Positions 12,653 to 26,929 of a stretch of DNA of 64,000 nucleotides are shown piece after piece. The notes below the pieces were generated by a model. That model was not told the DNA's origin. It worked only from the letters and a program-made list of their open reading frames with translations, and did no database searches. A program made the translations under genes and the position numbers. Source of the DNA: the human T2T-CHM13v2.0 reference genome, Homo sapiens. The stretch is taken from NCBI RefSeq assembly GCF_009914755.1, contig NC_060930.1; one strand, given 5' to 3'. How positions within the stretch are numbered: the stretch's first letter is position 1; the number at the start of each line of letters is the position of its first letter.

Positions 12653-14004
12653 GTAATTAGGACCGGCTTTTTAAAGCTGAACGCCCCTTCTAAAAGTCCT
12701 CACAAGGCACCAAAAGGACTTGGAGGCCTTCTCTTCAGGTGGAGGGGAGGGGAAAGAATCTGTGAGGGAAGGGGCCAGAAAGGCGCCTATCATCTACCCA
12801 GAGAGTGACTCTCAGTCACTCATGGTTTCATGCAGTCTAAAATGCTGTAGTTGTGCTCAAAAAACGACAATTCCAAAGAACACTCAACAAGGGCAGCCAG
12901 ATGAACAGCGGTCCAAGTGACCCTCCCTGAACACCAAGGGACCAGCATGGGGCTGAAGCCCTTGAGACTTAGTGTTTCTGCAGCTAGAGATGAAGTCAAG
13001 GTAGTAAGTTTGGCCCCTGACGGGGCTGGCTGGCTCTGGAGGTGAGGACCAGCCTATCTCAGGCAGGTATATGAACTGCTGTTTGGTTTGGTTTTGAATG
13101 CTTGTGAATGGCTGAAAAAGCAATGGCAACTGGGACTGCTGGAGAAAGGCCTAGGTCGACTCCACTGTGGGTTCTGCCACCATTACCTTTCTGGAGGTGC
13201 CTGCTGCGCAGTTTGCTCTGCTCTCGCTCTAAGCAGTGGGAAGACATGTCCCCCCCACAGAGCGACAGCAGGCTGGCTTCCAATCCGCGGCCAGCCACTG
13301 GTAGGAGCTCGAGTCACGGGACCCAACCGAGTTCACACCATCCTTCTGGATTGAGTTGTCACGTCCCAAAGCCAAATGCCTTGGCATTTACAACGAGCAG
13401 TGGCTGCTGTGCCTCAAGATGGTACATGCAGAACTGGAATCATATATCTCGTCAGTTAATCAGCACCAAGGAGATTATGATCCGAGATGGCCGCTCTCTT
13501 CTTGCCCATCCACATGAGGACCACCAAGGGCCTACCAGCCCCAGGCTTCTGACCGGCAGGCCCTGGGGGACCGAAGGACAGGACTGCAATCTTAGCTCCC
13601 CTCCCATTGTAAAAATCAGACAGAAAAATTGCAAGATAAGGTGAAAATAGGAAGTAAAAAGGAAAAGCAGCAGCCATAAGGCAAGAGACAGAGCAAGCAG
13701 AAAGGTGCCAGCCATGGGCGCCTGGCGTTCCAGAAAAGCCAGCACAGGACAGGAGTGAGGACAGGAGGTGGCCTGAGGGGGAGAAAGAGAAAGATTTTTG
13801 GCTTTATTGAGAATGGTTTGTGGAAGAATAAGAGGAAGCCAAGAAGAAGGAAAGCGAAACGCCCCCTCCCCCCATTGCAAGACAGGTTTCGGCTGTTTGA
13901 GACGGAGCATCACAGGCAGGAAGGAGGAGGCAGGGAGGGGGCCTGGGCTCCTTGCCCCCTGCTCGGCCCCCACCAAGAGGATTCCTGTTCTTAGCACTTT
14001 GGCC

Positions 14005-14078
14005 TTAGGGAGACTTGAGTTTCTTAGTCCGTGGGGAGGTTCCGTTCTCTGCCTTCACCACTCCATTTTCATGGTAAC
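14005..14078 (-). CDS. TRAM2: TRAM2 exon 11 coding part ((G)YHENGVVKAENGTSPRTKKLKSP*)
   Basis: Acceptor cttcccag|GT; TAA at 14007-14005; 74 nt. Confidence 0.97.
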
Positions 14079-15397
14079 CTGGGAAGTGGAGAGAGACAAG
14101 CATACATGGTGTTTCTGCTGGAGCTAAGGCAGAAGAGGGGAGGGTGGGGCCAGGCCAAGGAAGGGGCCCGGGCAGCCCAGCTGCTATACATGGATGCACC
14201 AAAGGGGCGCCAGGCTGCAGCCTTGCACAGCAAATGCAAGCCAGCAGACGGCTCCCAGGAGGGTCCTGTCTTCCCCAGGGCCCTGGACTAGTGGCCCTGT
14301 TTGAGAGGCTTGGTCTCTGACTGCACTTTAGCAGGAGGGGCCTGGGATGACACACAGTAACTCAGCAACAACAGAGGCCAGCCTGCCCAAGCCTGAGGCT
14401 GGGGCTAGATACTCGCCGAAATCACTTAGATGCTGTCACTGCTCACTGTCCTCAGTTCTTCTCAGGCCCCTGCAAGGCATCAGCCCATTTCCAGTTCAGC
14501 AAGAACTCCCAGGAGCAGTGGCCACAGAAGGGAGGGGGACAAGAGGCTGTAGGAACAAGGCCTCAAGCAGGATGCCTGACACTCCTCTGGCAGAAAAATT
14601 GTGCTCTATTGTTCAAAATACCTCCGTGCGCTTGCTCAAATTCAGAGGTACTGGCTGCAGTCTTATGCCCCATACCTCCCCCGCCAGCCAGGCCTGACTC
14701 TGTGACACACCCAGCTGCGCGCGTGTCTGGTTCAAACACACATAAGCCTTTGCCAAGCAGGTGGCCACCTAGAGAAAAGCAGGTGAGTCAGAAAGCAGCG
14801 CCCAGTGCAGACAGGCCCCCAGGCTGGGCAGAACGTGCAGGGCTGGCAGGGCCTGAGGACCTGCTGAAGGTGGGTGATGACTGGAGTGCGTGCACGGGCC
14901 AAAGGATAAGTGTCCCACCCCTACCCCCCACCTAGCACTATGTCACTGTGAGTCATTCTTGGAGACAGAGGAGGAGCCAGCAAGCTGGGAGGCAGGGGCA
15001 GGCTAAGATGTGGAGCAAAAGGGCAGGTGAGGACAGAGGCCGCCGTCCGGCACTGAGAATGGGCGGCGGCGGCAGTAGCAGCACTTGGCTGGGGTCCAGA
15101 AGCCACCCTGAGGACACGCTTCCTGCCAGAGTTCCCCACCCAGCCACTGCCCTGCCCCGTGGTGGCCAGGGCTCCCAGCCTAGTTAGGGCCAGCCCCACC
15201 CACAGCCTGTCCCTGGCCCACACCCAGCCACGTGCCAATCAGGGAGCTAGAGCCCCAGCCCTGAGGTAAGAGTCAGGAAGGAGAAGCTGGCAGGATTGGT
15301 CTGGGCAGCGCCCAAGAAGCCAGGTGCCTTGGCTCCTCCCACCCATCCCAGACAGACTTCCCTGGCTCCACTCTCTGCCAAGGGCCCTGGCACTCAC

Positions 15398-15561
15398 CAG
15401 ATTCCCTCTTGATGAGCCTGGCTGGTAGTCTGGGTGTGGCTGGGACTCTCCGCTTTGCACTCTGCTCATTCCAGTATTCCCGCCAGTGCCGCAGCTGGGA
15501 GTGGATGAAGCGCCACATGAGCCAGGCCTGGGCGGCACACACCAGCAGCAGCACGCAGAGC
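15398..15561 (-). CDS. TRAM2: TRAM2 exon 10 (LCVLLLVCAAQAWLMWRF...LIKRES)
   Basis: ctgcag|G ... G|gtgagt; 164 nt; phase consistent. Confidence 0.97.
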
Positions 15562-16405
15562 CTGCAGAGCAGGGGGTTAGGGGCTTAGGCTGGGGCTTGG
15601 GCTCACAGCCTTGGGCTGGGTTGTGCAGGGGAGAACAAGGGCCAGGGGCCCTGCAGTTCCCATGGCTTATCACGTCCGCCTTCACCACTGGCCCTCTTCG
15701 ATACCACCACTATCACCAGGAAGAATGTGTGCTTCAGTCAGTCTCTGCTCCAGCATACATCACATGTGCCAGGGAGACGGGAAGGAAGTGGCGACAGACG
15801 TACGGCCAGCTCTACAATCACGCTACTCCTATGACGAGGGAGGGGTCCATGGCTGTGTCTGTTTTGCGCCCATTGCACAGAACAAGACTAATGTAAGCTC
15901 CACAAATATTGGTAGCATTCAAATGAACTGAATTTCTGGAAGAGTGGCTTCTCATTTAACATGTCACTTAAAAGTGGAGCAACCCTGGACAAATCACTCT
16001 CCTGGGCCTAGGGGCTCCGGAAAATAGTGGCTTCCTCACTGCCACAGGAGGCCACTGGCCAAGCCATTAAGCACATGGTTTTAAAGCACCCACACACAAG
16101 AAGAGGAGAATGATATCAACTGAGAGACTGGGTGTGATGCCTCTGTGCACCACAAAGTGCCAGACAAATGTAAGGGATTCCTATTTGGACTACAGTCTGA
16201 GCAAACCAGGACTAGGGGATGAAGATGGTTTGGATGGAACCAGAGGCTGCTATCTCTTCTCCCCTCAGGCCTGATATCCAGAGATTTCCAAAAAATAACA
16301 ATATGTGGGAGACTAAAGGGTCTGCTGCCTCCAGACCTTCTGCAAGGGCTGTGCCAAGTTCAGGAGGCTCCCTGGCTTATCACCTTGGACTTCTGCTCGA
16401 CTCAC

Positions 16406-16549
16406 CTGCAAAACAAAGTGTTGAAGTTCCCTTTCTCGGGATCAAATGCCTGGTTTTCCATGCGAGCCAGTCCAAAGCCAATGGCCAGCACGGCAAGGGT
16501 GAGGATGAAGAGGCGGGTAACCCCAAAAACAGCAGCCCAGGCACTGAAC
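16406..16549 (-). CDS. TRAM2: TRAM2 exon 9 (FSAWAAVFGVTRLF...GNFNTLFC)
   Basis: gagcag|G ... AG|gtgagt; 144 nt. Confidence 0.97.
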
Positions 16550-16838
16550 CTGCTCACAGAGGCAGAAGAGGGATGTCAGTCTTTAGCGCCCTTGAAGGAA
16601 TCTTCACCCACTTCTCCAGAAGAGACCCCGAGTGGGAAGAGGATTCAAGGGTGGCTGGGGAAAGTGCTTGAGGGACGAGATATCTAAAATCAGATGTTCC
16701 AGAAAAAAATAACGGGAGGGCACCACCTGCAGGTAAGCGGGCAGTGTGCAACCAGGGAGGGACCCTCCAACCATCCGGGCCTCGGGGGAACCCCTGCCCA
16801 GGCCTCTAAGCGGGCCAGCCTGCAGCAGACCCACTTAC

Positions 16839-16943
16839 AGTTTCTCGTTGTTTTCATCTGCAAAGTAGAAGAGTCTAGCCGTGTGGAAGAGGAACTCAGT
16901 TGAGTACTGCAGCAGCAGCAAGATCAGGCCCAGGCGGCTCAGG
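16839..16943 (-). CDS. TRAM2: TRAM2 exon 8 (LSRLGLILLLLQYSTEFLFH...DENNEK)
   Basis: ccccag|C ... CT|gtaagt; 105 nt. Confidence 0.97.
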
Positions 16944-18359
16944 CTGGGGGTGGGGAAGACTAGACTTACATTCCCTCCAAGATGCTGCGTGGAGCAGAAG
17001 CCATTGCATCTTGGCTCAGGCTGTCCCCTGTGCCTGGCTGGGCTCTGCTTTCCACTCCCACTTTCCCTGGCTGGCTCTGCTCCATCCTTTGGATTCAGTT
17101 TAGCTCTCACACCTTTAAGACATTTTTCCTAATACCGACCCGCTGGCCGTTCAGCTGTCCTGTCTCGGTCAGATGCCCTTGCCTGCTCCCACAGCAAACC
17201 TCGCATAGGCCCTTCACAGTACTTAGCACCTTGCACTCATCACCTAGGCTGGAACCAAGTACATAAAAGGTACTCAGAACACATTTGCTGAGCTCTGAGT
17301 ATAGGAATATGAAATGTTCCTGTTGTCTGACTTTCCATTATCCAAGTCTTCACAGCTCCGAGGTACATGCAGAAGCAGCAAGTGCTCCTTCTGTGTGGCC
17401 CTGCTTATACGTTCTTCCCCGGTCCTCACCACTGCTACGGTGACAGTGCAGACTGGCTTCTTAGACCCGTTATGCATGTGACACATGACCATCCAACACA
17501 AGGGCAGAGCTGGCATCACCCCACAGCCTTCAGCCCTCAAAGACCCATCCGGGAACTGACGCTGCTACAGGCCACCAGAGACAGGAGACAGAGTTTGAGA
17601 GCTCCTTCCCTGCCTCAGTCTTACTAATCCAAGTCAGTCATTCACACAGGATGCCTGCTGCAAGGACCTAGTCCAACGCACCTCGGGATTTCCAGGCACC
17701 TCGGCAGAAAGTTACACACAGTGAGCTCTGTAAGTGCCAGCCTAGAGAAAGTGTGGGGTGCTTTTACTGCATGGATAACACTCAGCAAAAGCCCAAATTA
17801 TCAATGACACAGCTTATTAACATCAAAAGGATTCTTTTCATAAAAGAGGCTCTTCGAGAACTAATATTATAGCAATTCTTTCTGCCTCTAGAACAACCAA
17901 GAGAGACCTACTCTCCATGTCATTATAAACCAAAGGGAAGGGAATTCCAGGGCTACGAGCTCTAGCAGTGTTTGCATTGGACACTGTGAGGTAAGAGCCC
18001 AGCTTTGGGAGGCCTTCAAGCTGCAAAGCCATGGTTCAAAGGCCGACATCCACTGGAAGTCTTCCTGGCTGTCTCTGTTGAGGGTCTTCTTCTGGGTTGC
18101 AGAGCAGATGATACATACTGTGTTATGGTGTTCATCACTCTCAACTGTCCTTACTTATGTCTATAACTGTCTCTTCAGAATGAGAATGAACCACTGAAGA
18201 TAAAGAATCTTCCATTACCATCTTTGTATTGCCAAGTCTTAGCATAGTGCTAGGCACACAGAGGATGTCAACAAATGCCTGATAATTATATGAGTGTGTG
18301 GACAGATGCATGGACATAAAAGGGCAAGGAAATCTGGCTGGCTCCATGGTCTCACTCAC

Positions 18360-18430
18360 TTTAAGAGGTATGCTCCAGCTATATGCACCAGGTACAGGCA
18401 AATATACTGGAGCTGGCGGGGAATTTCCTC
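18360..18430 (-). CDS. TRAM2: TRAM2 exon 7 (EEIPRQLQYICLYLVHIAGAYLL)
   Basis: tttccag|GAG ... AA|gtgagt; 71 nt. Confidence 0.97.
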
Positions 18431-19001
18431 CTGGAAACAAGAGAAGCAGATGGTAAATTTGCTAATTCCCTAACTGAAGATTCAGGGAAGGGGGAAAAGT
18501 GCAGGGGGATGAGAGAGGGCCAGGCTCCTCTGGGCTGCTTTAACACACAGTCCCATGTCCCACGAGTCCCACAGTCCCACTGCACCAGGCTGCTGAAATT
18601 CAAGGGCATTCAGGTCCATTCCCAAATTCCAGCAGCCTTGGGTCTAGTGTCAGAGGGTGAGGTTTGGATTGAGAAATAAGAGACAGGGACTGGAGAAGAG
18701 GGCTCTTGGAAATAATTCAGAAGGAAACTATAAAAAGTAAAAATAAAAAAAGACTATGGAAATGGCAAAGACCTCTCCTTTGACATCTATAAGATGAGAG
18801 TTAGGTTTCCTCCAAAGCCACAGGTCTGGTGGAAGAGGCAGGCAAGAGACTGACACTGGTGGTCAACTACATGACACTTCTCCAAGAGATGACTCAGCAT
18901 GTTGCTCAATCCCCAACATATTCCTATCACCACCCAACACTCCATGCTTCTGGAGAAAAGGAAGGGAGGTACCCCTGGGAATAGCAGGAGGGGAGTGGTC
19001 A

Positions 19002-19376
<375 letters not shown>

Positions 19377-19486
19377 TTAAAATAGTGCAGAGGAGGAGGA
19401 ATCCTTCAGCCTTGAGGAGGGAGCTGATTACAGAGCACTGTTGGAGATAGGGACCAACAGATACACTGAGACAACAAACAGCTCTA

Positions 19487-19945
<459 letters not shown>

Positions 19946-20334
19946 CTATATGAGGCAGAGGACACTGGCTCTGACAGACCACCAGCCATGGCAGGCCAGA
20001 AGGGAAGACACTCTGTGGATGTCAGGGGGTCGCCAAGAAGGTAGAAACCCAGAGGGCATTATGGAGAGAGATGTTCTGCTTCTGAATCTGTCTCATGCAG
20101 TTGAGGGACCTCTGTGATGGGAGCCAGCACAGATGGAATTTCATCTGGGGATTCTCTGGTCAAGCATGCTGAGAAGAAGTGGCTTCCAGACAAGTCTACC
20201 ATCCACAATAGGCTCAGGGCATGATCTGCTCGTCAGGCCAGCTGGGCCTGTGGTGTTCTGGCCACACTCCGCTGGGACAGGAAGGCAGTGGGCCCGGTCG
20301 CTCCTCCCTGGGGCTGAGTCAACAGAATACTCAC

Positions 20335-20393
20335 GGGAGGTGCACATGCGGGTAGTCTTCCCAGAGGCTTCTTGGGTTTGTTAAGTATCCTTC
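20335..20393 (-). CDS. TRAM2: TRAM2 exon 5 (EGYLTNPRSLWEDYPHVHL)
   Basis: ctgcag|GAA ... CC|gtgagt; 59 nt. Confidence 0.97.
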
Positions 20394-21079
20394 CTGCAGT
20401 GGGCAAGAAGAGAGACCATTTAGAGATGTGGACGTGAGACCTGCTGGGGCCCTGGGACCGGTCCAGGGGTCAGGGATGCATCCAGTCCCCACCTGACAGA
20501 AAGAGGAAGGAACAGGAAATGTGAAAACAGAGAACTTCTCTGTGTGGGACCCCTGGCGCTTGGCTGGTTTCTTTACTGTGGAAGAGTCATGCTGGAGTAG
20601 GAAGGGCCACGCTCTGAGGTCCAACGACCCATATCTGAAGATGAGTCTGACAAGCGAATTAGTCTTGCTCCTCTGAGCAAGCTAATTAGTTTCCCTAAGC
20701 CACAGCTGGCTCATCTGCAAAACAAAATAAAAATACCCACCCTCACAGAGTTATTGTTGGAAATGAATGGGATAGTTTATGTGCCAGTGTCTAGTCCTGT
20801 GCCTGGCATGCAGGCGCTCAGGAAATGCCTCTATAATGAATAAGCAAATGAACTCTAGAATCACCACTCGCTGGAAAAATGAAAAGCCTACTTTGGCTTT
20901 TCACAGCCTGCTGAATAAAAAACATGGCAGGACCCCATAGGCCTCACCATGCAGCTGGACTCTGACACCTACCACACTGTGTCATTACTGTCAGTTGTTT
21001 CCATTACTCTTGCAAGTCCCTTCACACTAGGGCCTTTTCTTGCCTATCTTTAGAATTCTAACATGTAGTCCAGCACCTT

Positions 21080-21725
21080 ATATGGGGTGGGGATGGCAAC
21101 ATGAAAATCCTTCCATCACAAAACATCTAGAAATGCTGGGTGAAATCTAATGAATATTCTTTTAAATGCAAAGAGCTGAGCTCACAGTAAGAAAGGGAAA
21201 CCCCCTGGGACCCAAAGGGAGAGGGAGGCTAAAAGGCAGAGCAGTAAAGTGACACTGTAGCAGCCCAAAAGGCACTAGTTATGGGCCAGGGTTTTTGTGC
21301 CCATGTGAGAACAGAAGATGGTGCCTTGGGAGGTGGAACCCAAGACCTTGTATAAGACCAGGACCTCTGAAAGGCCACAATCTCAGAGAAAGGAAAAGAC
21401 TAGAAAGTGTTTGCTGACCAACACAGGGAAATGAAGATGTCTGCTCAGCCCATACCCAAGGTGAAAACAAAATCATTTATTCTAAAAATCTGCAACCTCA
21501 GGTTCACTCTGAGTTTGGAGGTGAAATATACTACCTGTGTGATCCAAAAGCCGCCAAGGTAAGAAATTAGAATTAATAGTGTGGTGGGCCAGTGATACCC
21601 TAGGGACATACCCTCATCCAAGGATGCTCCACAGATAAAACCTTGCTAAAGATGAATTTATAATCCAAGAGTACAAAGCATGGGAAGAAATAATCTACCA
21701 CAAGCAAGAGTCAGCTGAAACTACA
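21080..21725 (+). mobile_element. Ancient L1 (L1M/L1ME 5' region) fragment
   Basis: Resembles old L1 5' regions (aaacatctagaaatgctgg...tttaaatgca...agctgagct); boundaries vague. Confidence 0.4.
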
Positions 21726-21914
21726 GGAGTGCAATACACACCAGTTGGTTGAATGAATGAATGATGAATGCTTTGGGCAATTTCTCTCTTCTGAAGAAAG
21801 GGCTCTTATTTGTCACTCAGAGAAGGCAGAGCAGATTAGATTAGGATGACTTCATTTTAGAAATGGGAAAATGAAAAAACAGATAGGAAGGATCTCCTGA
21901 AATAAGATAGTTTT

Positions 21915-22202
<288 letters not shown>

Positions 22203-24149
22203 AAGATAGTTTTTCAGTAGCACAGCTGAAATCCGAGTTGGGCCACAAGCCTTCTGGTCCAATAACTTCAGGCTAGGTTGCTTCAGTAAATCAGAAAATC
22301 AGCTGAGCTGGTGGCTTTGATGAGAAGGCTGAGAACCTCAGATGTTCACACTGGGATTAAAGGCAGAGGTTTTACAGTGCTCAGAATGAGGCCAACAGGG
22401 TTTAGTAAGAAGCATTCTAGGTTATTGTCTATTAGGATCTTTAGTTGTATTTCCAAGTGAGGGCTGATCCACCCACCTTTGAGTCACTAAACGCCCTGTG
22501 ACCTATCAGCATGCCTTTCGGGTATAGTCCACGGCCCTAATCCCACAAACTTGGGCCTCCATGAGCACAATAACCTGACTGATAAGTCCTTTTATCGGAT
22601 ACATCTATACCACTGTAGTCACAGTCACCTGGATTAGAAGGAAATGATCTCACTTCGAACTTACATGGCCTCATTTCTAATCTCTTCTCACTACCACTCT
22701 CTCCTCCCTGGGTCACGTGCCGATTGAGGAATAAAAGTGGATGAGGCTCTCGGGTGGTGGCGTGTGTGGTGGTGGTGACAGTTGTGAGCTCTCTCAAATA
22801 CACTGCTTCTATCACCTCTACCCACCCACTCTGTCGGGCATACGCCTGCCTTCATCAGCTCTCCTGCCCCAGGCTACCTCATTCCAGGGACATCAGAAAG
22901 GTGAGAATGTCTCTTCCTAGAGGAAGCAGGAATGTACTTAGCAGGAAAAATGGTACTTCTGAAACTGAGGTGGGAGAGAAAGTTTTGCCCAAACAAGACT
23001 CGCCAAGAAAAGCAGCACTGAGAGCAATGTAAAGCCCAGAAAATCTCGTGATTTTAAACAGGAACGCTCCTTGGCTTGGCCTCTTACTTAGAGACAAAGA
23101 GGTCAGAACTTTGAAGCCAAAAAGCAAAGAAACTCCCCAGAAAAATGTTGCCTGCTTGTGAATGTCCAGTCCACGGGGACTGGAGGAGGAAAAGGGTGGA
23201 GGGAGGAGAGCAGGGGGAGCCAGAGGAAAAATGACTCACTGCTCTGAGAACAGCCTTTTCCAGACCTCTGTCCAGGCAGCTGTCTGAAGGAGGACTGAGG
23301 CTGGGGCACCCTCTGAGCTCAGGCACGCAAAGCACCTGAGTCCACAGGGGGCTGAGTGTGACCCAGCAAGCACCTGAAACCCACCCCAAATCCCATCCAC
23401 TGACAGGCCCCAGCAGATGGTTTGGAGAGGCTTTTGAAATCCTTTGTTCTCTCGATTCTACAAATCCACCCATGAGCTAAGCAAGGCCTCAACAAGGTGG
23501 AGAGATCCCTCCTGTTTCCCCAGCAGCCTTCCTTTTGGTGTGTGAACAAACACAACCACGAAGAACAGCATAATTCAGATATAGCACAGGCAAGTGCTAC
23601 ATAAATTCAGACATACCTTATATTATTTGACCATCAGAACAACCATGCACTAAAAATCTGCCCTAAAGCAACTAGTCTGTTAGTAGAAACCGGTCCTGGT
23701 ACAAGCACCAGCATTAAGGACATTCCCTCTACTTGGTTCTAAAATCTACGGTGGATTTTAGGTTCTAAAAGATGAAGCCAAATATAGCAAGGAAGTCAGA
23801 CAGGGAAGACCAAACGCCCACCCATCCTGCTTTCTCCAGTGGAGTGTTTTTTTTCTTTTTCCCTCAACAATGAGTAGTCGATCAAAGGTAGATTAAAAGT
23901 TGGAGGCTGACATTCCTATAAAATTATTGGCGGTCCAGCCACACTCCCACTGCTCTGCCTCTATATATGCAGAGAGAAATGTTTCAATCAAACACCAGAA
24001 TAATACTGGTATTTCTGGTGGGAGGAATTTGCTTTTTTGAACTTCTCTATATTGTTCACTTTTTAAAAAATGATCATTTATGATATTTATTAAAACAACC
24101 AATTCATTACTTTAAAAATGTTGAAGGCTGGAGAGAGAAGATGCATTTG

Positions 24150-25030
24150 CAGTTTATTCACTCATTCTCATAGCCAACATTTAGTGGGCACTTAGTATGT
24201 GCCAGGCACCATACCAGGGATACAGCAGTGAGCACCGTGCCTGCTAGCAGGCAGCTCAGAATCTAGTGGGAGAAACAGAGAATACAGAATACACAATCAA
24301 CAGAAGCACCAGCAACAGGCACAGTGCAGAAAATGCAAATTGGTGGGGGGTTCTCTGAGGAGATGGTATTTAGGCAGAGACTTGGATGGCAAGAAGGAGT
24401 TGGCCATGGGATGGCAGGGGATGGAGCCCTTGAGCAGAGAAATCACCAGTACAAAGCCCAGGATGCAGAACAGCCAGGCCAAAAGTGGGGGTGTGGCCAG
24501 TGAGATGAGACCAGCAAGATTAGCAGGGCCCAGATCACATGAATGGGGAGGAAAAAACGATTTCACTGCAAGTGTGATGGGACTTTTAAGCACGGGAATG
24601 TATGGTTTTATTTCTGTTTTAAAAGATCCATCTGGCTGAGCAGAAAATGGATTGGGGTGGGAGGGTACAAGAGTGGAAACAGTCTCCTTCTAGAAAAAAG
24701 ATATTTAGTGTCTAGGCAAGAGATGATGGTGGCTTGGACTATACAGATCGAGGTTTCTCAATCTTGGCACTATGGCCAGATAGTTCTTTGTTGTGGAGGC
24801 TGTCCTGTGCATTAAACGCCATATCGTAGCATCCCTGGCCTCCACCCACTAGATACCAGTAGCATATTGCCAAATGTCCCCTACAGGCCCAAATCTCCCC
24901 TGGTCAAAGGTCACTAGACTAGGGTTGGTGGTGCAGGCAGAAAGCAGCAGACAGTCTCAATGTGTTTGGGAGGCAGAGCTGGCAGGACCTGCCGATGAAA
25001 TGACTGTGGAGAGTGAGAGAAAGAAGAGTC
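24150..25030 (-). mobile_element. L2 fragments (with MER20 inserted)
   Basis: attcactcattc...catttagtgggcacttagtatgtgccaggcac...; gagatgatggtggcttggact; degenerate. Confidence 0.6.
24748..24917 (+). mobile_element. MER20 (hAT-Charlie) DNA transposon
   Basis: ggtttctcaatcttggcact...ggctgtcctgtgcat...agcatccctggcctccacccactagataccagtagca...attgccaaatgtcccct. Confidence 0.8.
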
Positions 25031-26812
25031 ATGAAAAAATTTGCATCATAACAGAAAAATATTATTTTTTTAAAAAAACAAGCTGTTTTTATGCCTTTTA
25101 CAGAACTACATCTCTTCTTCTTCAATCACTTTCCTTCCAGGAAGCACAGTTCCAACGGAGGAGGGCAAGGAGTCAAATGTTGTTAGGAAGAGTTGGCGGG
25201 GGTCGGGGGTCACTGGAGCTTTCCGTGGTCCCCTGGTCTCTGTGCCTATTGAATATGTTGAGTGGGGAACTGGCTCTTCCCAGAATAAAAAACTGTTATG
25301 TGCCTCCCCAAGAAAAGCCTATGTGCTCTCAAACTAATTAGCATCATGTTCAAATCCTTGAAGAACTGAGAGAGGCAAAGACAGAGCTGTTGAGCATTTC
25401 ACACCCTGGAAGGCGTGTTAAGCAACTTGGCTCTAGCCTCCAAATCTGGTCGCCACGTGTCACAGCTGGGGTGGAATGTTTGGGGGTGAAGTTGAAAGGG
25501 TAAAAGTGATTCAGAGATGAGGCAATCCTCCTGAACGGCGTCTTTGGTATCTTGAGGCTGTTCTGCTTCAAAGCAGCTTAGGCCTCCGGGGGTGGGCATG
25601 AACTGAACGTCAAGGGACTGGGTGTGGTCTGAAACCTGGAAGTCTAGGGACTTGTGTGCATGGCACAACAGCAGGGATGCACTGTTCACACAGTGTCAAT
25701 CTGCCCCTGGGACTGTGACAGCCTTGCCTGAGAGGACAGAAGTCTTGGGCCCCCCATTTAAAATTCCTAGTATTCTGCTTAGGAAAGCTGCTCTATGATG
25801 AAATGATAATAGGAATAAAAACAATGTACAAAAGGACACGTTGACTCTGGCTTTGAGAATAGGAATTCAACATTCAACTCTGGAGACAGAGTTCCTTGTG
25901 ACGGGAGCGCCCATCACTGTCACTGAAAGAAGAGGAAGAAAGTGAGGGATCTGTGGAAGGCCGGGAAGGAAATCTTAAAGAGGTCACAGGGTTGCTGAAT
26001 TTTCCAAGACCCAGGCATGGATTTCTCAGGGGGCCAGGTTACAGGAAGGTAGAGCTCCAGGTGGTGGTGGGTACTAACTCAATACTTCCTAGCAGGACAG
26101 GCAAGGTCTTGTTACAGGAAACTCCAAAGGACCATCCACATTCCTTTCTATGAGGGAATTTTGCTGTATCAAAGGCTGCTTGAAATAAGAGTCTGTTTAC
26201 ATAGAAAGGAGGGGAAAATTGTCTGGTCCTGCAGGCATTTGTTGAAACGGCATTGACTCTCACAGGATTTGATGAGCTGACAGAGTGAGGCTGGCCTCGT
26301 TTATAGAAGGCCAAGGTAGTAAAACAGAGAGTAAGCTGGGCTTGGAACTCTATCTCCAAGTCCAAACTATCCTTTGCTGTTTCAAAACCACAGAACCACA
26401 GGCATACTGCAAAATTTGAGCTTGGAACTCTTCAATCTGTAACATGGGTATCAGAATGAACATCAAATGTATCTTATGGGACAGTGTTTGTAGAAGAGCC
26501 TTGTAAAACAATACAGTATTATGTAGATACATGGTATCATTACTGCAGTATTGCATAATGATTATAACAAGTGGTGACTGTTGGCCAAGATGACTCTCTC
26601 CAGCTATAAAATGGCATCTCTCTGTAATACCATGAGGATGCAAACATAGTTTCAGTTCTAAGAAGCTAAGAAGGTTCTAAGAAACTTGTTCCCCTTAACA
26701 GAAAAAGAAAAAGAGCAAGGGGTCCTTTGCAGTCATTTGATTAGCAATCCCAGAGCTGGAATTGCCCCTTGGTTTGAGCTCTCCCGCTTCAGCAGTCCTG
26801 AGAATGGCTCAC

Positions 26813-26929
26813 CGTCACCACCACGTAGAAGCACCAAATCACCGAGGTGAAATGAAAGACGACCAGCTGTCCAGATTCATTGAACTTGCTGTGTTTGACT
26901 TTGGAGAGATGAAGCCGTTTGCTGATTTT
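26813..26929 (-). CDS. TRAM2: TRAM2 exon 4 (KISKRLHLSKVKHSKFNESGQL...YVVVT)
   Basis: ttctttag|AAA ... ACG|gtgagc; 117 nt. KFNESGQ marks the start of the TLC (TRAM/LAG1/CLN8) domain region. Confidence 0.97.

Noticed and set aside
13804-14004. Stop-codon read-through extension of TRAM2
   Set aside because: The stop is TAA-G, not a leaky TGA-CTAG-type context.
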